Of a stretch of 54,637 nt of DNA, positions 9,309 through 18,737 are shown piece by piece; position 1 is the stretch's first letter, and each line of letters opens with the position of its first letter. The notes under the pieces are model-generated. The model did not search any database. It had not been told where the DNA came from and saw nothing but the letters and a program-made list of their open reading frames with translations. Origin of the DNA: Bacteroidota bacterium (GTDB taxonomy: Bacteria; Bacteroidota; Bacteroidia; Chitinophagales; Chitinophagaceae); the NCBI GenBank assembly GCA_039795695.1, contig JBDKLG010000004.1, forward strand, positions 1 through 54,637. The letters are read 5' to 3'. Position numbers and translations under genes: made by a program.

Positions 9309-10475
9309 CTATAGTTCATACTTTGTCCATTTTGCATCCGATTGTGCGGAGGCAACCACATTGTCAATAAATGCCATACCGCGAATACCGTCTTCGAAAC
9401 CGGGGAAGTCGAGCATTTCTTTACTGGGCGTTGTTCCGTCAATTTTTGCAGAAATGGTGAGCGCAAAATTGCGGTAGATATTTCCGAAAGCTTCCAGATA
9501 ACCTTCGGGGTGCCCTCCCGGGGTACGGCAATTATGTGTGGCAAAGCTTGACAGGCGATCGCCATAATTTCCACCGGCGCGTAAGATCTGTGTTGGTTGA
9601 TCCAGCCATTTCACCAATAAGGTATTGGGTTCATGCTGGGCCCATTCAATACCCCCCTTCTCTCCATAAACCCGGATTTTTAACGCATTTTCTTCTCCGG
9701 CCGCCACCTGCGAAGCCATTAATACGCCGGCAGCACCATTGTCAAATTTCAACAGCACATTCCCATCATCATCCAGTGCCCGTCCGGGAACCATGATATT
9801 CAAATCGGCACATAAATGGGTGATTTTTGCACCGGTGATGTATTCGGCCAAATGAGCGGCATGTGTGCCAATATCGCCCATACAGCCACTCTTGCCAGAT
9901 TTTTTTGGATCCGTTCTCCAGGCAGCCTGGGCATTTCCTTCCCTTTCGCTTAATTTGCTCAGCCATCCCTGCGGATATTCTACCCATACTTTTCGGGTTT
10001 TTCCAAATACACCTTCCTGAAACATGGCTTTGGCCTGTTTAACCATTGGGTATCCTGAATAAGTATGTGTTAAACAAAGGGTTAAGCCTGTTTCTGTTAC
10101 TTTCTTTTTCAGCAGTTTGGCCTCATCTAAGGTAAAAGTCATGGGTTTTTCTATTACCACATGAAACCCATGGTCCAATGCCATCATGGCCGGAGCAAAA
10201 TGAGCGAAATTGGGGGTTACGATGGTAACGAAGTCCATGCGCTTATCGGCAGGCAATTGGCTTTCTTTTGTAATCATTTCCTCAAAATTGAGGTAGATTC
10301 TGTCGGGCGAGAGGAAGAGCATTTCACCCGATGCCTGCGCTATTTCGGGGTTAATGCTTAAGGCGCCACAAACAATTTCAATTAAACCGTCCATATTGGC
10401 GGCAATACGGTGTATGGCACCGATGAAAGCATCTTTGCCCCCACCTACCATTCCCATTCTAAGTTTACGATTCAT
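9309..10475 (-). CDS. Gfo/Idh/MocA family NAD-dependent oxidoreductase (cytoplasmic)
   Basis: 'GMVGGG..AFIG..H', 'VTPNFAH', 'EKP', 'GDIGTHA', 'GHPEGYLEAF'. Confidence 0.9.
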   Translation of the reverse strand: MNRKLRMGMVGGGKDAFIGAIHRIAANMDGLIEIVCGALSINPEIAQASGEMLFLSPDRIYLNFEEMITKESQLPADKRMDFVTIVTPNFAHFAPAMMALDHGFHVVIEKPMTFTLDEAKLLKKKVTETGLTLCLTHTYSGYPMVKQAKAMFQEGVFGKTRKVWVEYPQGWLSKLSEREGNAQAAWRTDPKKSGKSGCMGDIGTHAAHLAEYITGAKITHLCADLNIMVPGRALDDDGNVLLKFDNGAAGVLMASQVAAGEENALKIRVYGEKGGIEWAQHEPNTLLVKWLDQPTQILRAGGNYGDRLSSFATHNCRTPGGHPEGYLEAFGNIYRNFALTISAKIDGTTPSKEMLDFPGFEDGIRGMAFIDNVVASAQSDAKWTKYEL

Positions 10476-10658
10476 GGTTTGATACTTTTTTATGAAATGC
10501 TGGTATTATTTTAACAGACTAATGCCAAGACTGCTCTTAGCTGTAAAGCTTATAAAAAAAATTGATGTATGCATGATTTTATCAATCGAGTTTAAAAATA
10601 AAAAATTACATTTAACCACAGATTGTTTTTCTTTTAACTCTAACGCCATTTAATTGCC

Positions 10659-11894
10659 ATGTCAACCACCCCACAACGTAACCAGTTATTTGTTGCGAGC
10701 TGTTTAGCTTTATTAGTTACTTCCCTTTCATTTGGAATCCGGGCCGGAATACTGGGCCGTTTGGGGGTACAGTTTGAATTAAATGCAAGTCAGCTTGGAA
10801 CCATTGCTGCTACTGCATTCTGGGGCTTTCCGCTTGCAGTGATTATTGGGGGCATTGTAGTAGACATTATCGGGATGAAAAAACTGCTGATCGTTGCGTT
10901 TGTATTTCATCTTGCCGGTATCCTTTTAACCATTTTTGCAGGAGGTTATTGGTCATTATTTATTTCCACGCTTTGTATTGGCATTGCCAATGGAACGGTT
11001 GAAGCCGCCTGTAACCCGCTTGTTGCCACCATTTATTCTGATAATAAGACAACCAAATTAAACCACTTCCATCTATGGTTTCCGGGTGGAATTGTGATTG
11101 GTACTTTATTGGTATATTTTTTAGACAAAGCCGGTATCGGATGGCAGGTTCAGGTGGGTTTGATGGTCATTCCAACAATTATTTACGGCTATCTTTTCAG
11201 CAAGCTTGATTTTCCTGTTACAGAAAGGGTGGCAAGCGGTGTTACAGCCCGGGAGATGTACAAAGCAGTATTGAGTCCGCTGTTCTTATGCATGATCGTA
11301 CTAATGTTTGGCACGGCCATTACCGAGTTATTTACCGGTCAGTGGATTGATGTTTTATTGAAGAATGTATCGGATAATGCCATTCTTTTATTAACCATTG
11401 AAACAGGTATTATGGTGATTGGCCGTGGTTTTGCAGGTCCGGTAGTTCACCGGCTTTCTCCTACCGGCGTTTTATTGATTTCTGCTATACTGGCTTCTGT
11501 GGGGTTATATTTACTGGGACATAGTTCGGGCAATATGTTATTTGTTGGGGCCATTATTTTTGGGATGGGGGTATGCTATTTCTGGCCCACCATGCTTGGT
11601 TTTGTATCTGAAAACCTACCCAAAACGGGTGCAGTAGGAATGAACCTGATGGGCGGGGCAGGCATGTTTGCCGTATCCGTATACACCATTTTCATGGGCG
11701 ATTATTATGACAAGCTGGTAGCAGATAAAATGCCTGCAGGAATCAGTTCTGTGGAAGCAGTAAACGAAGCAAAAAAAGCGGCAGGCCCTGAAGTATTGAA
11801 TGCAACCTTAATCATACCTGTTATATTAACCGTCGCTTTTGCCATCCTTTTACTTTATATGCGCGGAAAAAAGAATACAACAGCAACAGCTTAA
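10659..11894 (+). CDS. MFS sugar transporter
   Basis: About 12 hydrophobic segments, 'DIIGMKK' loop, 'GTVEAACNPLVAT', 'HLWFPGGIVIG'. Confidence 0.88.
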   Translation: MSTTPQRNQLFVASCLALLVTSLSFGIRAGILGRLGVQFELNASQLGTIAATAFWGFPLAVIIGGIVVDIIGMKKLLIVAFVFHLAGILLTIFAGGYWSLFISTLCIGIANGTVEAACNPLVATIYSDNKTTKLNHFHLWFPGGIVIGTLLVYFLDKAGIGWQVQVGLMVIPTIIYGYLFSKLDFPVTERVASGVTAREMYKAVLSPLFLCMIVLMFGTAITELFTGQWIDVLLKNVSDNAILLLTIETGIMVIGRGFAGPVVHRLSPTGVLLISAILASVGLYLLGHSSGNMLFVGAIIFGMGVCYFWPTMLGFVSENLPKTGAVGMNLMGGAGMFAVSVYTIFMGDYYDKLVADKMPAGISSVEAVNEAKKAAGPEVLNATLIIPVILTVAFAILLLYMRGKKNTTATA

Positions 11895-11919
11895 ATTCAG
11901 CAGGTAAAACAGGAATACA

Positions 11920-12804
11920 ATGAGTCAGCCATCGAACAGAAGAAATGCCATTAAAAACATTCTTGCAGGATCGGCCGCACTGGCTGCGGGTTCTGCGGCA
12001 TTGCCTTCGCTTGCAGCAGCAGAAAAAAAATCAGCTATGCTGAAAGGAAATATCCAACATTCGGTTTGCCGCTGGTGCTTCAGCAGTTTAACACTGGATG
12101 AACTATGTGTGGCCGCAAATGATATTGGACTAAAAGGCATTGACCTTGTGGGGCCCAAAGACTGGGATACGCTGAAAAAATACAACCTGGTATCTACCAT
12201 GTGCAACGGGGCTGAAATAGGATTAACCAAAGGGTGGAACGACAAACAATACCATGCTACTTTAATTAAAAGTTATACCGAACATATTGACCTGGTGGCC
12301 AATGCCGGATTCAAAAACCTGTTTTGTGCCAGCGGCAACCGGAATGGTATGGACGATGAGACAGGCTTAAGAAATTGTGTAGAGGGACTGAAACAGATTA
12401 TCGGGCAGGCTGAAAAAAAAGGGGTGGTGCTGCAGATGGAATTGCTGAACAGTAAAATAGACCATAAGGATTATATGTGCGACAGAACAGCCTGGGGTGT
12501 GGAATTGTGCAAGAGAATCGGCTCGCCTAATTTTAAACTTTTGTACGATATTTATCACATGCAGATAGATGAAGGTGATGTGATCAGGACCATCCGCGAT
12601 TACAACACTTATATCGGTCACTATCATACAGCAGGGGTTCCGGGGCGGCATGAAATTGATGAAACACAGGAACTGTATTATCCTGCTATCATGAAAGCTA
12701 TTCTGGCAACGGGTTTCAGCGATTATGTGGCACAAGAATTTATTCCCGCTGCTGCCGATAAGCTGGGGTCTTTGAGGAAGGCGGTGATGATTTGTGATGT
12801 GTGA
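11920..12804 (+). CDS. Hydroxypyruvate isomerase-family TIM-barrel protein with Tat signal
   Basis: Twin-Arg 'SNRRNAIK'; 'MELLNSKIDHKDY', 'LLYDIYHMQI.EG', 'HYHTAGVPGRHE'. Confidence 0.85.
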   Translation: MSQPSNRRNAIKNILAGSAALAAGSAALPSLAAAEKKSAMLKGNIQHSVCRWCFSSLTLDELCVAANDIGLKGIDLVGPKDWDTLKKYNLVSTMCNGAEIGLTKGWNDKQYHATLIKSYTEHIDLVANAGFKNLFCASGNRNGMDDETGLRNCVEGLKQIIGQAEKKGVVLQMELLNSKIDHKDYMCDRTAWGVELCKRIGSPNFKLLYDIYHMQIDEGDVIRTIRDYNTYIGHYHTAGVPGRHEIDETQELYYPAIMKAILATGFSDYVAQEFIPAAADKLGSLRKAVMICDV

Positions 12805-12806
12805 GA

Positions 12807-12830
12807 GGAGTCTGGAGCCGGGAGTCTGGA
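12807..12830. repeat. Short 7-bp tandem array GGAGTCT-GGAGCCG-GGAGTCT-GGA
   Basis: Directly visible, starting 3 nt after the stop codon at 12804. Confidence 0.6.
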
Positions 12831-12881
12831 TTTGTTGGGGATTAAACAAGCATAGTCAAATCAATCATAAAACAAACAAAC

Positions 12882-14561
12882 ATGTCTGATCAAAATTTCG
12901 ACGCAATTGTGGTAGGTTCGGGTATCAGCGGCGGGTGGGCAGCAAAAGAGCTCACCGAAAAGGGATTAAAAGTGCTGATGCTGGAACGGGGCCGGAACAT
13001 TGAACACATCAAAGATTATGTGAACGCCAACAAGGAAGCCTGGGATTATCCGCATCGTGGAAGAAGAACACAGCAGATGATCAATGATTATCCGGTCTTG
13101 AAAAGAGATTATCCATTAAACGAAACCAATCTGGATTATTGGGTTAATGAAAAAGAGAGTCCCTATACAGAAGTGAAGCGATACGACTGGTTTAGGGGGT
13201 ATCATGTTGGTGGACGTTCATTGATGTGGGGCAGACAAAGTTATCGCTGGAGCGATTTTGATTTTGAGGCCAATGCAAAAGATGGTATTGCGGTTGACTG
13301 GCCCGTTCGTTATAAAGATATTGCACCATGGTACGACCATGTAGAAAAATTTGCGGGCATCAGCGGTAATCGTGATGGCCTTTCTCAATTACCCGATGGC
13401 CAGTTCCTGCCGCCAATGGATATGAACTGCGTAGAAAAAGACGTGGCGGCAAGGATGAAGGAATATTACAAAGGCGCACGTGCCATGATTATTGGCCGTA
13501 CCGCTAATCTTACTGTTGCACATGAAGGAAGAACTGCCTGTCAGTTCAGAAATAAATGCTGGCTGGGATGCCCCTTTGGCGGCTATTTCAGCACCCAGTC
13601 ATCTACCCTTCCGGCTGCCATGAAAACAGGTAACCTTACTTTAAGGCCATGGTCGATCGTTACAAAAATTTTATACGATAAAGACAAGAAAAGGGCTACG
13701 GGTGTTGAAGTGCTGGATGCGGAAACCAATAAAACATATACCTACAATGCTAAAATTGTATTCCTCAATGCTTCTACCTTCAACTCAGCCTGGATATTGA
13801 TGAATTCAGCAACCGATGTATGGCCCGATGGATTGGGAAGCAGCAGCGGCGAACTGGGACATAATATTATGGACCATCACCTGGGTGTAGGTGCAGGTGG
13901 GCGTGTGGAAGGATATGAAGACAAATACTATTTCGGCAGACGTGCCAATGGAATTTACATACCCCGTTACCGTAACCTGTTTGGCGACAAGCGAGACTAC
14001 CTGCGTGGCTTTGGTTACCAGGGTGGTGCAAGCCGGCAGGGATGGAGCCATGATGTGGCAGAGTTTAGTATTGGTGCAGAATTTAAAGATGCTTTGTCTG
14101 AACCGGGCGGCTGGAGCATGGGTATGGGAGGTTTTGGTGAAATCATACCCGATCACAGTAATAAAGTAACATTGGATAAAACGAAGAAAGATAAATGGGG
14201 GCTGAATGTTTTGTCCTTTGATGCTGAACTGAAAGAGAACGAATTGAAAATGCGCAAAGACATGCAGGCCGATGCCATTGAAATGCTGACCAATATGGGT
14301 GTTAAAGATGTAAAAGGATATGATGCCAATGGTATTCAGGGCCGCGGTATTCATGAAATGGGTGCTGCACGTATGGGTGCTGATCCTAAAACATCGGTTG
14401 TAAATAAAAATAACCAGGTATGGGATGCACCGAATGTGTTTGTTACCGACGGTTCATTCATGGCATCTGCGGCTTGTGTAAACCCATCATTAACTTATAT
14501 GGCGTTTACAGCCAGAGCCGTTGATTTTGCTGTATCCGAACTGAAAAAACAAAACCTGTAA
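12882..14561 (+). CDS. GMC-family FAD oxidoreductase, probable glycoside 3-dehydrogenase catalytic subunit
   Basis: GSGISG FAD motif, 'GGRSLMWGRQ', Cys cluster 'CQFRNKCWLGC', 'HEMGAARMG', 'NPSLT'; adjacent to the Tat small subunit. Confidence 0.88.
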   Translation: MSDQNFDAIVVGSGISGGWAAKELTEKGLKVLMLERGRNIEHIKDYVNANKEAWDYPHRGRRTQQMINDYPVLKRDYPLNETNLDYWVNEKESPYTEVKRYDWFRGYHVGGRSLMWGRQSYRWSDFDFEANAKDGIAVDWPVRYKDIAPWYDHVEKFAGISGNRDGLSQLPDGQFLPPMDMNCVEKDVAARMKEYYKGARAMIIGRTANLTVAHEGRTACQFRNKCWLGCPFGGYFSTQSSTLPAAMKTGNLTLRPWSIVTKILYDKDKKRATGVEVLDAETNKTYTYNAKIVFLNASTFNSAWILMNSATDVWPDGLGSSSGELGHNIMDHHLGVGAGGRVEGYEDKYYFGRRANGIYIPRYRNLFGDKRDYLRGFGYQGGASRQGWSHDVAEFSIGAEFKDALSEPGGWSMGMGGFGEIIPDHSNKVTLDKTKKDKWGLNVLSFDAELKENELKMRKDMQADAIEMLTNMGVKDVKGYDANGIQGRGIHEMGAARMGADPKTSVVNKNNQVWDAPNVFVTDGSFMASAACVNPSLTYMAFTARAVDFAVSELKKQNL

Positions 14562-14647
14562 ACCAATAATGCATAGCGGGTGAACTGGTGAAAACCGGTA
14601 TCGCTCCCTATGCCTAAAAATTCTAAAAACCTTTAAAATAAAACCTC

Positions 14648-15211
14648 ATGAATAGAAGAGAAGCCATATCCAGTGTAGCACTTATACTGGGTGGAACCCT
14701 GATCGGGGCCGATGCTTTTTTGTCGGGATGTAAAACAAAATCAGCAACAGGAATAAGCTTTTCTCCTGCTGACATTTCTTTTTTGGATGAAGTAGCTGAA
14801 ACCATTTTACCTGCAACCAGCACACCCGGCGCAAAGGCAGCCAAGGTTGGCGAGTTCATGACTGTGATGGTAAAAGACTGCTATGAAGAAAAAGACCAGA
14901 AAATATTTATGGAAGGCCTGAAAAAACTGGACGAAGAAAGTAACAAAAAGAATGGCAAATCCTTTATGGACAGCAGCCCTGCCCAGCGCCACGATTTACT
15001 GGTGGCTTTGGATGCAGAAGCCAAAGAGTACCAGAAAAACAAAAAGAAAGATGATCCCAATCATTATTTCCGCATGATGAAGGAACTGACACTTACAGGC
15101 TATTTCACATCAGAAATTGGTGCTACCAAGGCCTTGCGTTATGTGGCTGTTCCCGGAAAATATGAAGGCTGTATTCCTTATGTAAAAGGAGAAAAAGCAT
15201 GGGCAACCTAA
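14648..15211 (+). CDS. Gluconate 2-dehydrogenase subunit 3 family (Tat small subunit)
   Basis: 'MNRREAI' Tat signal; 'ETILPAT.TPGA', 'KELTLTGYFTSEIG...L.Y..VPG.Y'. Confidence 0.88.
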   Translation: MNRREAISSVALILGGTLIGADAFLSGCKTKSATGISFSPADISFLDEVAETILPATSTPGAKAAKVGEFMTVMVKDCYEEKDQKIFMEGLKKLDEESNKKNGKSFMDSSPAQRHDLLVALDAEAKEYQKNKKKDDPNHYFRMMKELTLTGYFTSEIGATKALRYVAVPGKYEGCIPYVKGEKAWAT

Positions 15212-15279
15212 ATGGCTGAGAAGCCCATACCGGCTTCAAATCCCCGGCAACACAATTTTTTTTATTTTAATTTAATGAC

Positions 15280-16149
15280 ATGTCAACCAACAGAAGGGAT
15301 TTTTTAAAGTACAGCAGTTTTGCAGCCTTAGGATTATCATTACCATTCAAGGGAAAATCATCTTTTTTTGAAGGGCTTGCACCTTATAAAGGCATACCTG
15401 CTTTTGGTATACAGTTATGGACGGTGAAAGAAGATATGGCAAAAGATGCAAAAGGCAGCCTGGCTAAAATTGCACAGTATGGTTATAAACAGGTGGAAAG
15501 TTTTGAAGGGCAGCAGGGAATGTTTTGGGGAATGAAGCATACGGAGTTTAAGAAATACATGGATGATCTGGGAATTAAAATTGTTTCCTCTCATTGCAGT
15601 ATTGCCAAAGATTTTGAAAGAAAGGCTGCTGAAGCTGCTGAGATAGGTATGAAATACCTGATCTGTCCTTATCTGGGTCCGCAAAAATCAATTGATGATT
15701 TCAAAAAATATTCAGATGATTTTAATAAGTCGGGTGAAATATGCAAAAAGAACGGAATCCGTTTCGCATACCATAATCACGACTATTCTTTCAAAGCCAT
15801 CAATGGTGAAGTTCCCCAGGAAGTAATGATGAACAGTACCGATAAAAACCTGGTTGATTTTGAAATGGATATTTATTGGGTGGTTGCTGCAGGAGAAGAC
15901 CCCAAAGTATGGTTTGACAAACATCCCGGACGTTTCAAACTTTGTCATATCAAAGATTTGGCTAAAACAGCCAAGGGACATGAAAGTGTGCAGATAGGAA
16001 AGGGCACCATTGATTTTGCATCTGTTCTGAAAGCAGGAACAGCCAGGGGCTTGCAGTATTATATCATGGAGCAGGAAGCATTTACCGGAACTAATCCTTT
16101 AGAAAGTGCAGAAGCCAATGGTAAGTATTTGAAAGCATTTAGCATGTAA
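15280..16149 (+). CDS. Sugar phosphate isomerase/epimerase TIM-barrel protein with Tat signal
   Basis: 'NRRDFLK'; 'GIQLWTV', 'FAYHNH', 'EMDIYW', 'HIKD', 'EQE'. Confidence 0.87.
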   Translation: MSTNRRDFLKYSSFAALGLSLPFKGKSSFFEGLAPYKGIPAFGIQLWTVKEDMAKDAKGSLAKIAQYGYKQVESFEGQQGMFWGMKHTEFKKYMDDLGIKIVSSHCSIAKDFERKAAEAAEIGMKYLICPYLGPQKSIDDFKKYSDDFNKSGEICKKNGIRFAYHNHDYSFKAINGEVPQEVMMNSTDKNLVDFEMDIYWVVAAGEDPKVWFDKHPGRFKLCHIKDLAKTAKGHESVQIGKGTIDFASVLKAGTARGLQYYIMEQEAFTGTNPLESAEANGKYLKAFSM

Positions 16150-16188
16150 ACTCCGGTACTAAAGATACAGGGCTAATAATAGCTGTTA

Positions 16189-16228
16189 AAAAAACAGGCT
16201 GTCTCATATAATGGACAGCCTGTTTTTT
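16189..16228. terminator. Bidirectional terminator between convergent genes
   Basis: 15-bp stem AAAAAACAGGCTGTC / GACAGCCTGTTTTTT. Confidence 0.85.
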
Positions 16229-16256
16229 ATTAAGGAGGAGGGTTAGGCCGCCGGGC

Positions 16257-17711
16257 TTAAACCCCCAGGCTCCAGCCTTCTCTGTATGTTCTCTTCACAT
16301 ATTGGTTGGCTTCATCAAAATTGGTGATTTTCATATTGGGCCCATCCCATAACAGTTTGATGTTTCTGCCGGGATAAGTGTTTTGACCCTTGTCATTTTT
16401 CTTGCTAAGATGATAACTGCGTATGGCAAGATTACCCATCAGTACGCTTTCGGTTAATGGTCCGGCAATATCGAAATTAGAACTCAGGTTTTTTGCCTGC
16501 TCTGTGCCATAGCCTGCAATAGCTGCTTCAACCCAGGCCGCATAATGTCCTGCATCTCCTTTTGGAACACGCGCAACTGTTTGCGGTACCACGGTTTCTT
16601 TGGTTTTGGAAGTGGGTAATAAATTGGGGTACATGCCATAAGTGCCGCAGATCATTTTTCCTTTGGTGCCCAGGAAGATGGCTCCGTTGCCACCATCACC
16701 CATGATTTCATTGGGTCCCAATTCTTCCGGACGATCGGGCTGAATGCCACCATCCATCCAGTGAAGTTTTACATCGGGCTTGCCATTCTGCCCCTTAAAA
16801 GTTAAGGTGATGGAAGAAGAAACCGGCCCTGAATCAGGGTATACACCCCTTGTCCAGTTTTCTATATAAGGAGTTGCGATGCTGCACTCTGCTGAAACGG
16901 GGTATCCAAGGCCCAGCACTGCAAAAGCAGGAGCCATGATATGGCAGGCCATATCACCCAATGCTCCGGTACCATAATCCCACCATCCCCGCCAGTTAAA
17001 CGGAATCAATTTTTCTACATAATCCCTGTAAGGTGCCGTACCCAACCAAAGATTCCAGTCGAGCTCTGCAGGAACAGGTGGTTTGTTATTACTCCAGGGG
17101 ATTCCCTGTGGCCAAACCGGCCTGTCGGTATAACAATAAATGGTATGAACATCGCCAATCAGACCAGCATTGTACCAGTCCTGTAGCTGGCGAACACCAT
17201 CGCCCGAAGCTCCCTGGTTGCCCATTTGTGTTACCACTTTATAATCATGCGCAGCTTTGGTAAGCATGCGGGCTTCATAAATATCATGGGTTAGCGGCTT
17301 TTGAACATACACATGTTTTTTTAATTGCATTGCTCCCATGGCAATAACCGCATGCATATGGTCAGGGGTGGATACTGAGCAGGCATCAAAGTTTTTATGC
17401 TCTTTGTCGAGCATCTCACGATAGTCGGTATAGATTTTTGCTTTTGGATAACGTTGACGGCTCTTGGCGGTTTGACGTGAGTCAACATCGCAGAGAAAGG
17501 CAATATCGGCTTTACCACTTTGGAAAAAATTCCATAAATCACTCTCACCTTTACCACCGGCTCCAATACCGGCTACGGTAAGTCTGTCGCTGGGTGCTGT
17601 GAAACCGCGACCAAGTACATGGCGGGGAACAATGTAAAATCCCGCTGCAGCCAGAGCTGAATTGCGGATAAAACTCCTGCGTGAGTTTGGTTGAGGTTCT
17701 TTCTTTTTCAT
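16257..17711 (-). CDS. Gfo/Idh/MocA family oxidoreductase with Tat signal
   Basis: 'SRRSFIR'; 'GIGAGGKG', 'STPDHMH', 'YVQKPL', 'WRGWWDYGTGALGDMACH'. Confidence 0.9.
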   Translation of the reverse strand: MKKKEPQPNSRRSFIRNSALAAAGFYIVPRHVLGRGFTAPSDRLTVAGIGAGGKGESDLWNFFQSGKADIAFLCDVDSRQTAKSRQRYPKAKIYTDYREMLDKEHKNFDACSVSTPDHMHAVIAMGAMQLKKHVYVQKPLTHDIYEARMLTKAAHDYKVVTQMGNQGASGDGVRQLQDWYNAGLIGDVHTIYCYTDRPVWPQGIPWSNNKPPVPAELDWNLWLGTAPYRDYVEKLIPFNWRGWWDYGTGALGDMACHIMAPAFAVLGLGYPVSAECSIATPYIENWTRGVYPDSGPVSSSITLTFKGQNGKPDVKLHWMDGGIQPDRPEELGPNEIMGDGGNGAIFLGTKGKMICGTYGMYPNLLPTSKTKETVVPQTVARVPKGDAGHYAAWVEAAIAGYGTEQAKNLSSNFDIAGPLTESVLMGNLAIRSYHLSKKNDKGQNTYPGRNIKLLWDGPNMKITNFDEANQYVKRTYREGWSLGV

Positions 17712-18004
17712 GGTAAGCAGTTAGGTTGGTTTGTATTGAGGTATGAATTTATTGCATTTAATAGATTATCTAAAACAAATATTGACAGACTTAAAAAATA
17801 AATCGGCAGTAAGCGCTGGGTTCAAAAAGGAAAGATGGGATAGGCCGGGATCACTTTATTGCAGTTAGAAGCCGGGTCTTTATCCTAATTTATCAATAAA
17901 CTGATAATTATTGGTCAGGCCAAGGCGGGGGGTATTGAATCAGGTTAAACTGAGCTGAGTGATTGAGACCCGGCGTAAAATGGTTTGGCTTACAGCAGTA
18001 AAAA

Positions 18005-18460
18005 TCAGTTCAGATTAGCGGGCTTCCTGTTTTGGAAAAACATATCAAGACCGGCATATTCATGATTTATCCTGGTAAAAGCGGTAAGATCCCAGTAGCC
18101 ATAGGATTTATTTAGTTTAACCGAATCTGATTGGATATAGCTAATAAATATCCATCTGTCAGAATCAACCATTGCAAACTTGCTACACCCAACAAGGTTA
18201 TTATTGGCAGTTACAGCAAACTCGTATTTCCCCTTTTTTATGCTGAATCCCGGAAAACTCTGTAACCCCGGCTTAATCAGTTGTTTGGTTAAGATGGGAT
18301 TGCCGCCCTTTTCATTTTTACACACAAGGGTCATTTCAACAGGCTTTCCTTCAGAATTTTGGTTGTTCACAATAACCCAGGCTGTTGGTCTGGAACTACT
18401 GCAGGAAGTAAACAGTATAGGAATTACTACCCATAACAAATAAGAAATGGATTTTAACAT
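18005..18460 (-). CDS. Hypothetical lipoprotein
   Basis: Lipobox 'LFTSC'; 151 aa with no recognised domain. Confidence 0.65.
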   Translation of the reverse strand: MLKSISYLLWVVIPILFTSCSSSRPTAWVIVNNQNSEGKPVEMTLVCKNEKGGNPILTKQLIKPGLQSFPGFSIKKGKYEFAVTANNNLVGCSKFAMVDSDRWIFISYIQSDSVKLNKSYGYWDLTAFTRINHEYAGLDMFFQNRKPANLN

Positions 18461-18737
18461 AGTTGGATTTTAAAAACAGTGTAAAGTAATTCAGTAGATA
18501 CGGTTTTAATCAATAATGCTGTTCTTTAAGGGAAAATTAATTGCTGCTTGCAGATATGATTTTCAGTGTAGTAAAACACAGTGGGAATACCCGAAAAACA
18601 TGGCGTATATTGTAGTAATAAATACTGTGAGGCTGCCGGGAACCGTTTCGAAACTTTACAACTGATTCCGCTGCAATTCAATCAGAGTTTGCATCCTTAT
18701 CGGTATAAAAAATTGGCTGACCCTAAAAAGAAAAAAA

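Noticed and set aside
17871-17974. SRP (4.5S) RNA
   Set aside because: The size and GGTCAGG are suggestive, but the GNRA loop followed by GCAGC/AGCA of helix 8 is absent.
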